From IMG/VR virus record IMGVR_UViG_3300031987_000009, positions 1 to 54,609 of that record: a stretch of DNA of 54,609 nucleotides; one strand, written 5' to 3'. The number at the start of each line of letters is the position of its first letter. Positions within the stretch are counted from its first letter, which is position 1. A model generated the notes under the pieces. The model was not told the origin of the DNA. It searched no databases and saw nothing but the letters and a program-made list of their open reading frames with translations. Positions 10,319 to 21,041 of this stretch are shown one piece after another. The position numbers and the translations under genes are program-made. The stretch comes from a virus.

Positions 10319-10588
10319 ATGTACGAACTTGAACTATATCTATACTTGTTTGCTAAAGAGTTAGGTTAGGATTACGAGTTCGTACTTAATATGCCTTACA
10401 AATTCTTTAGAATGTGTGTAATAGAATTACAAGAAGAAGGTAAGGCTAACAAAGCAGCATCTAACGGTAAGAAATATAATCGTAACCCACAACACGATAT
10501 ATTATTTGAAGATGATAAAAAACGTTACGATGATATGATTAAAGCACGTAGAGAAGAAATAAGACGTTCTAAGATGTCTGGACAGTGA
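10319..10588 (+). CDS. Tail assembly chaperone 2 with in-frame TAG at 10367-10369
   Basis: MYELELYLYLFAKELG[TAG]DYEFVLNMPYKFF; matches the LAKELGx...I.NMP chaperone pattern only if TAG is read through. Confidence 0.7.
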
Positions 10589-11073
10589 TTGTATTGACGC
10601 ATAGTTACGTTATAACAAGAACAGGTAACGCTTACAATACAATGCGTAGGTTTCATTTGAGTATTAATAATAATCTAAGTGAAGCGTTAAATAATGTAGG
10701 TAAGTATGCACGTTATTATTCAATGATTTCTGCACCTGTTTACAATCCTGCTAAATATCCAGACTTTTATAATTTTAAAAATCATTATACACCACCCGGT
10801 AAACTAAAGAGTTCTATACGTAAATTTAAAACCAAACGTGCCTTTGGGTTTGGTAGAGGTAACAAAGGTTTAGGTGTAGATTATTTTAGTGTACGTATAG
10901 GTTCACGTGTTAAGTATGCAAGTTATATGGAACGTGGATTTAGACATCACTTAAGCGGTAAAATAGTTAGAGGTAGACGTTTCTTACGTGGTGGTGCAAG
11001 ACTTGCTGTAAGTAGACATCATAAAATGGAGATAGAAAAGGCAGTACGTAAATCGTTCGGGAGAGTTTATTAA
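10585..11073 (+). CDS. HK97 gp10-like tail completion protein
   Basis: Basic protein with GKLKSSI and VKYASYMERG motifs. Confidence 0.7.
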   Translation: MIVLTHSYVITRTGNAYNTMRRFHLSINNNLSEALNNVGKYARYYSMISAPVYNPAKYPDFYNFKNHYTPPGKLKSSIRKFKTKRAFGFGRGNKGLGVDYFSVRIGSRVKYASYMERGFRHHLSGKIVRGRRFLRGGARLAVSRHHKMEIEKAVRKSFGRVY

Positions 11074-12773
11074 TGGCAAGTGAAACTATCACAATTCTTT
11101 TAGTATCAAATGCATCAAAGGAAGCACTTAAAATTGCTGCATCTATGAAAAGATTAGATGGTAGCATGAGCGGTGTAACCAGAGAAAGTGCTAAACAGCA
11201 AGTATCATTCGCTGGTTTGATTGCATCATATCTTGGTTTAAATAGAGCAACTCAAAGTAATACAAATGAAACACGTGAGAATACAAGAGCAAAGATGAGG
11301 AATATCGCTGCTACTGGTATTGCAGCGTTACGTAATCATTACATGGCACGTAGCAGTCATACAGCAGGTCTAAACATAGGAATGCTGTCTGTACGTATAC
11401 ACGAATGGCTTGTACCAGCGTTAGGACTTGCATACTCTGCAATGATACCAGTAATCGCTGGATTGGCTACAATAGGTGCGACTGCAATTACAGCAGCAGC
11501 AGGTTTAGTAGGTATGGCTGGTGTCGGGTTAGCAGCATGGAGTCAACAGTTAAAAGGTAAGAACCGTTTGGATATGCAGGCTAACTGGGCTTTTAGAGAT
11601 GAAGGTAACTTTGGTGATGTTGTACTTGAAGGTTTAGTAGACGCATTGCACAACCCATCTATACGTTCACGTATGGATAAAGCAGTAATGTGGACTAAAG
11701 ATATATTCCATAACATTCTACCTAACGCACTTATATCATTTGTTAAGAATGTAGATATGGGTGCAATCGGTATGATTGTAGATTTATTTAGTAAATGGCT
11801 ACCTTCTGCTATGGGTGATTTAGCAGCATGGGGTGGTCAGTTAGTTAACATATTCGGTGCACAAGCGTTAGGTATGGTCGACAGTGCTATACGTACACTT
11901 GCTGGTGCAATAACTGACTTTGCACGTTGGATGTCATCTGGTGGTTCAGAAGATGTCGTTGATTTTATGAATGTACTTGTTGAAATGCTTGGTCTCATTG
12001 GTAGGTTAGGTATGGCTACATTACCAGTGCTTAATAAGTTCTTATCTGGTATTTATCCACATCCACTTAAACCGATAGCAAATACGTTAATTGGGTTAAT
12101 GAACACACTAAATGAAAGTCCAATGGCTATGAATGCAGTACTTAAATTATCACAAGCATTGTTATATATGTTTGTTGCTAAGAAAGTAGCAGATGGAATA
12201 TTTAAACTTGCATTTTCTATTGAGAAATTATTTGGAATGTTGAATAAAATATCATTGACAGCAATTGGTAAACGTGTGTTTACAGCAGGTGCATTAAAAT
12301 TATTTGCAGCAAGTGTAGCAGGTCAGATATTCGCTGGTGTAGCAATAGGATTAGTGGGTGTAGCCGTACTTGCAAAAACTGGTATACTCAATGCTATATC
12401 TGATTTAGGTCAGGGATTTAGAGATTTCTTATCACAAGCACATATGGTACGTGATGTATTGTATTCGGTGTTTGCACCTATACTAATGTTAGGGTTATCT
12501 GCATTACGTGCTATAAGTTACATACCCGGTGTAGATGGATTAAGTTCAGAACAATATGATAGAGCAATGGGTCAAGTGTTAGGTGCACCTAAACGTTTGA
12601 TTACAGGTGGTGCTGAACACGCAAGGGAAGTAGCAGCAGGTGCTTACAGAGACAGACAAGATGTAAGCATTAACCTGACAATGGATGATGACCTTAATCT
12701 TGAAGCAGTACTTGAAGAAAAGATTAGAGATGGTAAGCGTAACAATAAAACACGTGTAACTCAGGGGTACTAA
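11073..12773 (+). CDS. Tape measure protein
   Basis: 566 aa Ala/Gly/Leu-rich helical protein with hydrophobic stretches; position after chaperones. Confidence 0.85.
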   Translation: MASETITILLVSNASKEALKIAASMKRLDGSMSGVTRESAKQQVSFAGLIASYLGLNRATQSNTNETRENTRAKMRNIAATGIAALRNHYMARSSHTAGLNIGMLSVRIHEWLVPALGLAYSAMIPVIAGLATIGATAITAAAGLVGMAGVGLAAWSQQLKGKNRLDMQANWAFRDEGNFGDVVLEGLVDALHNPSIRSRMDKAVMWTKDIFHNILPNALISFVKNVDMGAIGMIVDLFSKWLPSAMGDLAAWGGQLVNIFGAQALGMVDSAIRTLAGAITDFARWMSSGGSEDVVDFMNVLVEMLGLIGRLGMATLPVLNKFLSGIYPHPLKPIANTLIGLMNTLNESPMAMNAVLKLSQALLYMFVAKKVADGIFKLAFSIEKLFGMLNKISLTAIGKRVFTAGALKLFAASVAGQIFAGVAIGLVGVAVLAKTGILNAISDLGQGFRDFLSQAHMVRDVLYSVFAPILMLGLSALRAISYIPGVDGLSSEQYDRAMGQVLGAPKRLITGGAEHAREVAAGAYRDRQDVSINLTMDDDLNLEAVLEEKIRDGKRNNKTRVTQGY

Positions 12774-12775
12774 TC

Positions 12776-14914
12776 ATGGATGCTACTGGTATCAATCCCA
12801 AATATAAAATAAGATTATTTAATACTAAAAATAGACCAGAAGATATTACAACATCCGCTAACATACCTGCTGGTTTCGATACTAAACGTCTTGGTTGGTA
12901 TGAGTTACAACCTGAATTATCTATATTTACAGAACTTTCAATATCAAGCAGGATAGACAACGGTTCAATCGGTAACATAAGGTTTGTAGATGATTACAAA
13001 TATCTTTATACTGCTGAGATAATGTCAGGGGCATATACACGCTTAGACAGTCCAGTGAGTGTTGATACACAGCCTACGACAGATGGTTGTAAAATATTGG
13101 TTTACGTTGACGACAACGGTGACGGTACTGACTGTACAGGAACGGTGTCAATATCTGGCACTGACCTGTCTGACCAAGCGTTGTCTGAAGACATAACCAT
13201 CGGTTCTAATTCTGGTACTTACGTTAGTTCAAATACATTTAAAACCATTGATACAGACGGTATAACAATTACAGATGTTGATTCATCATGTGTAATCACA
13301 ATATTTGGTGATATAGGTACAGAAGTTAACAGACGTGAAATACAAATATTATGTGATACAAACGATGATGATGTATATGGACTAATGTTTGGTGGTTACA
13401 TAACCATTTTACCATCTGAACATAGATATAACTATACTGCTTATACTGGTAAATTGTTTGACTATACGGATTACCTTAAAAACAACGATTATACCTGTGG
13501 GTATATGTGCAAATATAGGTGTGCAAATTATTCACAGACTGGTGCAGTTGGTTCATGTTCACAAAGTAGCGATGGTGGAGAAGGACAAGCAAATTGGCAA
13601 GTCAATTGTTTCAACGGTGATTATCAACCATCGCATCCACCATTCGGTGATTTTACTATAACAGATAATGTAGGTGAACAATACGAATGTGGTGCATACA
13701 GTCAGGGTACAGAGATATTACCGTTTGATGGTTATACTTATCTCGATGATTATTACGATGATACAAGTCAATATTACAAACCACATCCATACGATTACTT
13801 TGATGCAATGTTAGCAGTAAAAGTTTATCTTAATAATATAGAAACTGATAACGTTGTATCACGTGATTACAGTTTGTTCCCATTAGATTACGGTACTATT
13901 ACTTCAGGTAACGGTACTATGCAATCAAGTGATACAAGTGTACAGATTGAGAATGCTAACGGTTTCATAATAGACGAAAGTAAAGATTATATTGCTATAT
14001 GTGAAAATGATTTAATGGAAGTTACAGCGTTCAGTGGTACTGGTACTACACGTACACTTACTGTTACAAGAGATATTAAAAACGTAATATCACAAGACCA
14101 TGACGTTGGTACAGCGATATACATACTTGAAGCAGGTAACATAACCGATGGTATGGCTGACTTAATCAATACACTTTTACCGGGTATTGTTTATACATCG
14201 ACAGTTTATCGTACTGGTAAGAGTATCGCTGAAAACTTAAGTTACAGATTTGAGAATGAAACATGTGTGTTTTGGGTAGACGATTATAAACAATTACATA
14301 TTAATGTATTCGATGGTGCTAATCCGGGTTATAGTGCTGATTTAACATTCTCTGAAACTGATAGTGATTTCCCTATACTTAAAGCATTGGATATAAGTGA
14401 ATCTAACGTAGTAAACAAAGTTGTTTCAGATGTTGATACTGGTAACAAAACTTATAGATGTCAACTTAACTCAAGTGATATATCAACAAGTTACGGTGAA
14501 TCAGTAACTTTGTTTGGTGAGCAAACAGGTGAGTTACAGTTTGAATTAGTTAATGCGGTAGGTGAAACTAATTACACCATTGGTAGAGTTGGGTTTACTT
14601 CACATGCTTTAAGGTTCTTAAAGAAAAACTCATTCCCAAGATTTAGGCAAACATTAAGATTCTTTGGATTTGTACCAGCAGAACATCAATGGGAAAACGC
14701 TTATGACCCATTGTTTAATTACACTGACAACTATAATAACCATATTGATTTACGTGGGTTAAGATGTGAAGCACCTGATTATCATTTCGATGATAAACCT
14801 ACTGAAACTTTTATAATAGAACAAGTTAAATATGTATCTAAAGGATATGGTGTACTTTATACTGATATAACGATGAGTAGATTAAGTTCACCTTCTGATT
14901 ACGGAGTGGTATAA
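12776..14914 (+). CDS. Tail tip / baseplate hub-like protein
   Basis: 712 aa after TMP; Tyr/Asp-rich, with a Cys-containing central insert. Confidence 0.6.
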   Translation: MDATGINPKYKIRLFNTKNRPEDITTSANIPAGFDTKRLGWYELQPELSIFTELSISSRIDNGSIGNIRFVDDYKYLYTAEIMSGAYTRLDSPVSVDTQPTTDGCKILVYVDDNGDGTDCTGTVSISGTDLSDQALSEDITIGSNSGTYVSSNTFKTIDTDGITITDVDSSCVITIFGDIGTEVNRREIQILCDTNDDDVYGLMFGGYITILPSEHRYNYTAYTGKLFDYTDYLKNNDYTCGYMCKYRCANYSQTGAVGSCSQSSDGGEGQANWQVNCFNGDYQPSHPPFGDFTITDNVGEQYECGAYSQGTEILPFDGYTYLDDYYDDTSQYYKPHPYDYFDAMLAVKVYLNNIETDNVVSRDYSLFPLDYGTITSGNGTMQSSDTSVQIENANGFIIDESKDYIAICENDLMEVTAFSGTGTTRTLTVTRDIKNVISQDHDVGTAIYILEAGNITDGMADLINTLLPGIVYTSTVYRTGKSIAENLSYRFENETCVFWVDDYKQLHINVFDGANPGYSADLTFSETDSDFPILKALDISESNVVNKVVSDVDTGNKTYRCQLNSSDISTSYGESVTLFGEQTGELQFELVNAVGETNYTIGRVGFTSHALRFLKKNSFPRFRQTLRFFGFVPAEHQWENAYDPLFNYTDNYNNHIDLRGLRCEAPDYHFDDKPTETFIIEQVKYVSKGYGVLYTDITMSRLSSPSDYGVV

Positions 14915-15777
14915 TGAGTTTACGAGACGCAATCGCTGATGTGTGTACAGATGTTATCAATAGTCTAAGCGTACTTAGGCTCAGACTACTCACGAGTGAC
15001 GGTGCTAAACCTTTAGTTATACGTCATCAATCAGGTGCTAAACTTGAATTAAAGAACGATGGTAAAGTGTACTATAACGGCACTGAGATTGGTACTGGTT
15101 CAGGTGGTGTCGAAGATCACGGTGCATTAACAGGGCTATTAGATGATGACCACACACAGTATTTACCAATTGATGGTAGTCGTGGTATGTCAGGTGATTT
15201 AGATATTGGTTTAGGTAACGATTTAAAGTTTGATACAAATGGATACATTGATGCAGGTGTTGACACATGGGATGAAACTCAGGTATATGGGTTAAATCTT
15301 AATGGTGATGACTTTATACGTCTATATGAATCTACATATGGACAGATTGCATTATTCGGATGGGACATTACATTCAATACATATCTTTCAATGAGTGGTA
15401 ATCAGATTATAAATGTATCAACGCCTACTGATGCAAACGATGCAGCAACCAAGAATTATGTTGACACATACACATATGACCACGGTGGACTAAGTGGGTT
15501 AGGTGATGATGACCATACACAGTATCTATTAGTCAACGGTACTCGTGTCATGTCTGGAAATATACAAATGAATGGCAACAAAATTACTAATCTTGCTACA
15601 CCGTCAAGTAACTCAGATGCCGCAACCAAAGAATATGTCGACAATAACGCTGGTGGAGATGTAACTAATCCAATGACATCTGATTTAGATACAGGTGGTT
15701 ACAAAATATATAATGACAGTGGTGCTGTTACATTTGAATCAAGTACAGGTGTATTCGTATTCCAGAAGTCACCCTGA
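14914..15777 (+). CDS. Tail fibre-like protein with internal repeats
   Basis: Two DHG(A/G)L(T/S)GLxDDDHTQY repeats and two TPxxxxDAATKxYVD repeats. Confidence 0.65.
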   Translation: MSLRDAIADVCTDVINSLSVLRLRLLTSDGAKPLVIRHQSGAKLELKNDGKVYYNGTEIGTGSGGVEDHGALTGLLDDDHTQYLPIDGSRGMSGDLDIGLGNDLKFDTNGYIDAGVDTWDETQVYGLNLNGDDFIRLYESTYGQIALFGWDITFNTYLSMSGNQIINVSTPTDANDAATKNYVDTYTYDHGGLSGLGDDDHTQYLLVNGTRVMSGNIQMNGNKITNLATPSSNSDAATKEYVDNNAGGDVTNPMTSDLDTGGYKIYNDSGAVTFESSTGVFVFQKSP

Positions 15778-15786
15778 GGTCACTAA

Positions 15787-17859
15787 ATGGTTAAAACCAA
15801 ATACATCGAAAACGATACATTTGTCGAAGGTGTATATAATCCTGACACTAACTATGAGTCATCTGAATGGGAAGAAATAACCGATTATGTTTTTGCAGGT
15901 GTTTCGGAATGTGATTCTGATAAATATTTATGTAAATTCCCTATTGACAGTGACTTTGATTCAGCAAATGATGTTAGTGCTGAACTTGTTTTCTATGTGA
16001 CAACAAATGGTGCAGGTGGTTCAGTACGTGTTTAGACTCTTGCTGATGATTACACGTTCACATCTGTAACGTATAACTCATTTGATTTCACTGGTTCTTC
16101 GGATTGGACAGCGAGATTTAATATCCCAGACACTGGTGCTACGTATGATGAACAAGTGACATGTGATATAACAAGTTCAATATTTGGAAGTCCAAGTACA
16201 AACTATGGGTACGCAGTCGATGGATACGAAGAACCATCCGGTGCAACGAACCACACATTGGGTATCCGTGCATACGAATATAGTACACGTAATCCTTATG
16301 TAAAAATAACCGAACATTCTGATTATGGATATAATTACGAATCACCTACATTTGATTGGTATGACACAATCTCTGGTATGTATTATGTAACATTATATGC
16401 ATATGTAGATATTGGTAGTACTACACAATCGGGTGATTATACCACACAGTTTGATATACGTACACCGTGGTCATCTACTGTACATACTGAATATTTAGAT
16501 GGAGGGGAAACTGTAACATATACACAATCAGGAAGTGGTTATACAGAATACTACACTGTTGAATACGTGTTTACAACTTATGATAGTGAGATTGGTTACA
16601 ATCCAGTAATGAAAGCATACTGGTATCGTGATTACGATGATTCATATGTATCATTAGACGGTGATGATGACAACAATGGTTTTGATTGGGATAACGCATA
16701 CAGAACTGTAACCAAAGGAACTGCTGAGGTTGCTGACGGTTCAACTGTTTACATAGACGAAGGTATATATGAAAGTGAAACATCACCATTTCCAAACAAT
16801 AAATCATGCAACTTTGAATTACGAAACGAAATAAATGTATATTATAGTTCAGCAGGAAACTATACCGGAAAAGCGACTGGTAGCCTGCCTTCAAAATATT
16901 TATTGCTATCGTGCAATAACCGTGTACCAGCAAAAGGTAAACTAATCAAATTACGTGTCAATGCATGGGGTTCAACTAATATAAGATTAAATGTATATAA
17001 GCAAAACAATTATGGCGATGGAATCGACCCTGATTTGTCTCTTATAGGAAACACTGGGTGGTACAATGTAGGGAACTACACGTGGTCAACACAAGAAACA
17101 ATAGATTTGACAGATGAGAACATTTATTGTGATGGTGGTGAAGTTATAGGTATATGTGTAGAACCGATTAGTTCTTCGAGTATAATGAAGACCGATTACA
17201 ATATATATGACAACTATGTTGTTTATACTGGAAATGCAGAAAACATATTTGATACTGATGTGCCAGAATCAGTTATAACAAGGAGTACAACTGGATTCCA
17301 ATATTCGGTATCAGTTGAACATGAATATTCTAAACAAATGATGATAACAGGTGAAGCATCTTACAGTTATTCTAATATTGGTTTCACTTCTTCTAATATG
17401 GGTACAGGTACATATAGTAATTCCAATAATGTTGTAGTGCTTGACAAAAATTTCGCTGTTTCATCACTACCAACAAATGAATCAAATATATTCAATTGTG
17501 CAATATTAGCAGGCAGAGGTACATCCCCTCTAACACACAGTGGTCTTTATAGGATAGTTGTAGCCAGAGATGACGGTGATAATTACTTACCTGTTTATTT
17601 AAGTGATTGGCGGTACTTATATATAAATGATGACACGGTTGAATTACATAACAAAATTAGATTGGAAAGTTTACAGCCATCTGATATATTCGGGGTTGAA
17701 ATAAAAGGCATTAGTGGAACACCAATGATTAGATTAGATACAAATGGTGGTACAGATTACTCTATTAAATACGAGGGGTCGTTCACATCATCGATACCAA
17801 AATCAAACTTTGAAGATTATGCAATATCCAAGATACCAATGAGGATGTATTACACATGA
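15787..17859 (+). CDS. Large tail/adhesin-like protein with in-frame TAG at 16033-16035
   Basis: ORF 15787..16035 and ORF 16156..17859 are in one frame separated only by TAG (SVRV[TAG]TLADDYTF); contains YVSLDGDDDNNG...AYRTVTKG beta-helix-cap-like motif. Confidence 0.75.
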
Positions 17860-18431
17860 GTTTAGAAGAATATCAGAGAAAATTAGCATACATACTTTAT
17901 CCAGATGTATTTGAAGATTTAGAGTATTACAAAAAACGTGTCATAGAATATCGTGACATCACTGATAGATACAACGAAATAATAGAAGAATATGACGAAC
18001 TACTACGATGGTTAACTTATCCAAAACAAGAAGAAGATGTCATAATTTCTAATGACGAACTTAAACAAATACTTGTTGAGCAACTTGGTGAAAATGTTAA
18101 GAGTGTAACAACAATTCCTGACAGTAAGTTTAAGTTAGTCAATAAAGAACATTTACAGCAATGGTTGTATAAAAATCCAGTTAATAAACGTAAGTATGTA
18201 CCAACATGGCATGACTGTAATACGTTTGCTACGATACTTAAAGGTGACTTGGATAAATGGGATAGTCAATTATGTACAGGCGAAGTATACGTTATAACAG
18301 AAAAAGGTAACGGACATGCTGTCAACATATTCGTTGATTTAAATAAAGATGTGTATATAATAGAACCACAAAACGATAGTATATTTAAGTTTCTTAACAA
18401 CTGGAAAGTTTATAGTAAATTAGATTTCTGA
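17856..18431 (+). CDS. Papain/transglutaminase-like cysteine peptidase with N-terminal coiled coil
   Basis: WHDCNTFA (Cys), GHAVNIF (His), IIEPQND; last gene of the late operon. Confidence 0.65.
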   Translation: MSLEEYQRKLAYILYPDVFEDLEYYKKRVIEYRDITDRYNEIIEEYDELLRWLTYPKQEEDVIISNDELKQILVEQLGENVKSVTTIPDSKFKLVNKEHLQQWLYKNPVNKRKYVPTWHDCNTFATILKGDLDKWDSQLCTGEVYVITEKGNGHAVNIFVDLNKDVYIIEPQNDSIFKFLNNWKVYSKLDF

Positions 18432-18439
18432 TAGATTAG

Positions 18440-18455
18440 TGTACATATATGTACA
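18440..18455. promoter_or_regulatory. TGTACA-N4-TGTACA palindrome
   Basis: Perfect 16-bp palindrome; same design occurs three times at 48442-48613. Confidence 0.5.
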
Positions 18456-18498
18456 TTAACGTTCAGTAATGTGTATTATAACGTTTATCTGTCTTTGA

Positions 18499-18735
18499 CC
18501 AGACAGAACGAAGACACCTTTGAAACACTCATAATTAGTAAATGATTGTCTTAAGGTGTCGTTCTGCTGTCTGGACTAAGATAGTTCAAATTTATGGTAA
18601 TGTTAACGATAACTATTCTAAGCCTTCTCCCATGCTTACGTTAACATTACCTTATTTATTCTTAGTTAGCAATCGTTAATGCACGTTAACCATTGTTAAT
18701 CTCCGAAATATCTCGTTGTCTCCATATTTCACATA
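18499..18735 (-). ncRNA. Candidate structured non-coding RNA
   Basis: Minus-strand BRE-TATA at 18746-18761 with no sizeable ORF downstream; 13-bp stem 18596-18608/18639-18651 and imperfect stem 18499-18520/18553-18574. Confidence 0.35.
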
Positions 18736-18745
18736 GTTTTCTTTC

Positions 18746-18761
18746 TATATAAACTTATCGC
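18746..18761 (-). promoter_or_regulatory. Archaeal BRE-TATA promoter (GCGATAAGTTTATATA on minus strand)
   Basis: Same 16-mer as 8465-8480. Confidence 0.6.
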
Positions 18762-18815
18762 CTGAAATTTGAGCATACGTTAATACCAATAGTAAACATA
18801 AGCGTATATGCCTCT

Positions 18816-18911
18816 CAGAGCCACACAGAGCCATTCTAAGAGGACTTTACCCTTTACGAATGGTATAGGTTACGTAGACACTCAAAGTCTTCACAGTGAG
18901 CGTCTGTGTGG
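18816..18911. repeat. Palindromic intergenic element, copy B
   Basis: CCACACAGA / TCTGTGTGG outer IR; inner GAGGACTTTA...AAAGTCTTCACAGTG shared with copies A and C. Confidence 0.65.
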
Positions 18912-18992
18912 ATATTTCTGAAATATCTATGTTTAATAGCAAGTATAGCAAAAAACAGAAAGATACCTAACGTTAAAAAGATGAAGTATAAT

Positions 18993-19493
18993 TCAGCCAT
19001 CACAATTACACCTCACCAAAGTATCTATTAAACCATCTATTTCCGATTGTCCATTTTCAAGTAGATGATATGGTAGTCTAATATATACATTCGGTAATAG
19101 ATATTCAAGTTCATATATATGCATCATGTCATCAAAAAATATGACATAATCATAATCTCTTGCAAGTTTGTTAACAGTATCTATTTTATACCTACCCATT
19201 TCTTGATAAAACCATTTACTACCACCTATGTGATTCATCATCTCTTGTATTGTCAAGCAGTAATCACGACAGTACACACGACAACCATACTCACGTTCTA
19301 ACTGCGTCTGTAACAACGGATGTCTATTTGTAACTATTACTTTATCTGTATTAATATCCTTAAACAGTGACATCATAACGCTAATGTCGTTATGCACTGG
19401 TTTCAGATACATTGAGTAAGCATCCTTCTGTCTGTCTGGACTAACGATTGTGTCATCTAAATCAAAAATAAAAAGTGTATCCATTAAATACAC
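18993..19493 (-). CDS. HAD-superfamily phosphatase
   Basis: FIFDLDDTI motif I, IVTNR motif II, K, FFDD motif IV. Confidence 0.75.
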   Translation of the reverse strand: MYLMDTLFIFDLDDTIVSPDRQKDAYSMYLKPVHNDISVMMSLFKDINTDKVIVTNRHPLLQTQLEREYGCRVYCRDYCLTIQEMMNHIGGSKWFYQEMGRYKIDTVNKLARDYDYVIFFDDMMHIYELEYLLPNVYIRLPYHLLENGQSEIDGLIDTLVRCNCDG

Positions 19494-20320
19494 CTCATGT
19501 TTTTAAATATATGCTCAATCACACCTACTGTCCATGCATTACCTAACATCTTATATCTCTGAGTAGTGCTTGCCATATCTGTGTAACCATCTGGTAGATT
19601 TTGTAATCTTTCACATTCAATTGGTGACAATTTCCTTATTCCATCATCTGTACTTATATAATTACCATTCCATGATGCATACTGTCTCGCTGTCATACAT
19701 ATTGCTTTTTCTTTATCCAATGATGAATAACATTTCTGTAATTGATAATCTTTATTTTTATCCCACCACTTCTTATGTGATTCAGTTAACCAACAATCGG
19801 TTGGGTTATCTTCCAAAACATCATTGAGTTTGATACCTAAATCTGTTGGTTGTTCAACATTTGGTATGTTAGTCCAATACATTCTTGGTCTACTCTGTGC
19901 GGATACAAGTGATGAATTTATTTCAATTGGTTCGACACCAATAGTTTCTGTTATCACATCCATATATTCTTTTTTCATTCTGACATTCTCTAACATGAAA
20001 TAGGTTGGGTTGCACTCGTTTAATATTCTTGCATACTCAAAAAATAATTTTGATTTAGGGTCTTCAAAATTCAAATGTTTACCGATATATGAAAACCCTT
20101 GACATGGACTACCGCCAATTAATAAATCTATTTTTGGTAACTCTGAACAATCAATATCTCTAACATCACCCAATTGTATTGTATCTGGATAATTTGATTG
20201 TGTCACCTTTATAGCATGTTTATCTATTTCAGATGCAAAGTAATTATCCACATCTATTCCAGCACGTTCTAACGCAACTTGTCCACATGATATTCCATCA
20301 AATAAACTCAACACATTAAT
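19484..20320 (-). CDS. DNA (cytosine-5) methyltransferase
   Basis: SLFDGISCG, ASEID, GGSPCQ, LENV, ERLQ and LGNAW motifs; start may be ATT (20320) or GTG (20314). Confidence 0.93.
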   Translation of the reverse strand: MNVLSLFDGISCGQVALERAGIDVDNYFASEIDKHAIKVTQSNYPDTIQLGDVRDIDCSELPKIDLLIGGSPCQGFSYIGKHLNFEDPKSKLFFEYARILNECNPTYFMLENVRMKKEYMDVITETIGVEPIEINSSLVSAQSRPRMYWTNIPNVEQPTDLGIKLNDVLEDNPTDCWLTESHKKWWDKNKDYQLQKCYSSLDKEKAICMTARQYASWNGNYISTDDGIRKLSPIECERLQNLPDGYTDMASTTQRYKMLGNAWTVGVIEHIFKNMRCI

Positions 20321-20329
20321 AATATCACC

Positions 20330-20671
20330 TCATAACATTCTGATTATAGCAAGAGAATCAATCATTAATCTACGCTGTTCTAAAGTCATGAACTTACCAC
20401 TAAATATTTTTGTCATGTTATCCATAAGTTCACCCTTTAGTTCATCATGTTTCTCTTGTTCTTCCTCACGTCTCATTTGTTCTGCTACTGCAAATGATAG
20501 TGTTGTCATTGACATATGTTTAACAGATTCTAACCAATCATCTGCCTTTCTATAATCAAATGGTTCACCCCATATAAAATTTTGCAACTCTTGGTATTCA
20601 CGTATGTCTTCAATTACCTTAAGTTCAGTATCACTCATCTGTCTTTTTGTTGGCATTCTTCTTCCTCTCAT
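20330..20671 (-). CDS. Hypothetical protein
   Basis: Helical ORF in the operon; probable start at MSDTE (~20638). Confidence 0.6.
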   Translation of the reverse strand: MRGRRMPTKRQMSDTELKVIEDIREYQELQNFIWGEPFDYRKADDWLESVKHMSMTTLSFAVAEQMRREEEQEKHDELKGELMDNMTKIFSGKFMTLEQRRLMIDSLAIIRML

Positions 20672-21041
20672 TATGTTTTTTCACTTCACGTCTATTCGCT
20701 GCTCTGTAATTATTGATTGCTTTACGTAGTCTCTTATCGAAATCATCATATTTATCCCTTGCTTCTATCTCTAACCATGTAGGTAACATACCTTTTTTCA
20801 TGTCACTTTCGTTATCGTAGATTACGGTTGCACCACATTTAGTACATATGTACCATAGAGTACCTGAAGGAAATCCAAATACCATATGTGGTGTTGCACT
20901 ATTCTTAGGATTCTTAACATCATAACATTTGCCTTTACATGTCCAAAGTACATCTTCATAATCAAGGTTTTCATCAGCTATAACCCTGATTAATCCAGCA
21001 TACTTAACCATCATTTTGTTTGATTTATTGTAGTCAGCCAT
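20631..21041 (-). CDS. Zn-ribbon-containing hypothetical protein
   Basis: CxxxC and CxxC pairs; basic C-terminal tail. Confidence 0.6.
   Translation of the reverse strand: MADYNKSNKMMVKYAGLIRVIADENLDYEDVLWTCKGKCYDVKNPKNSATPHMVFGFPSGTLWYICTKCGATVIYDNESDMKKGMLPTWLEIEARDKYDDFDKRLRKAINNYRAANRREVKKHNERKKNANKKTDE

Noticed and set aside
10280-10320. Programmed -1 frameshift joining the two tail chaperones
   Set aside because: The -1 frame has a TGA just before the first gene ends and no slippery heptamer follows it; the second gene has its own ATG.
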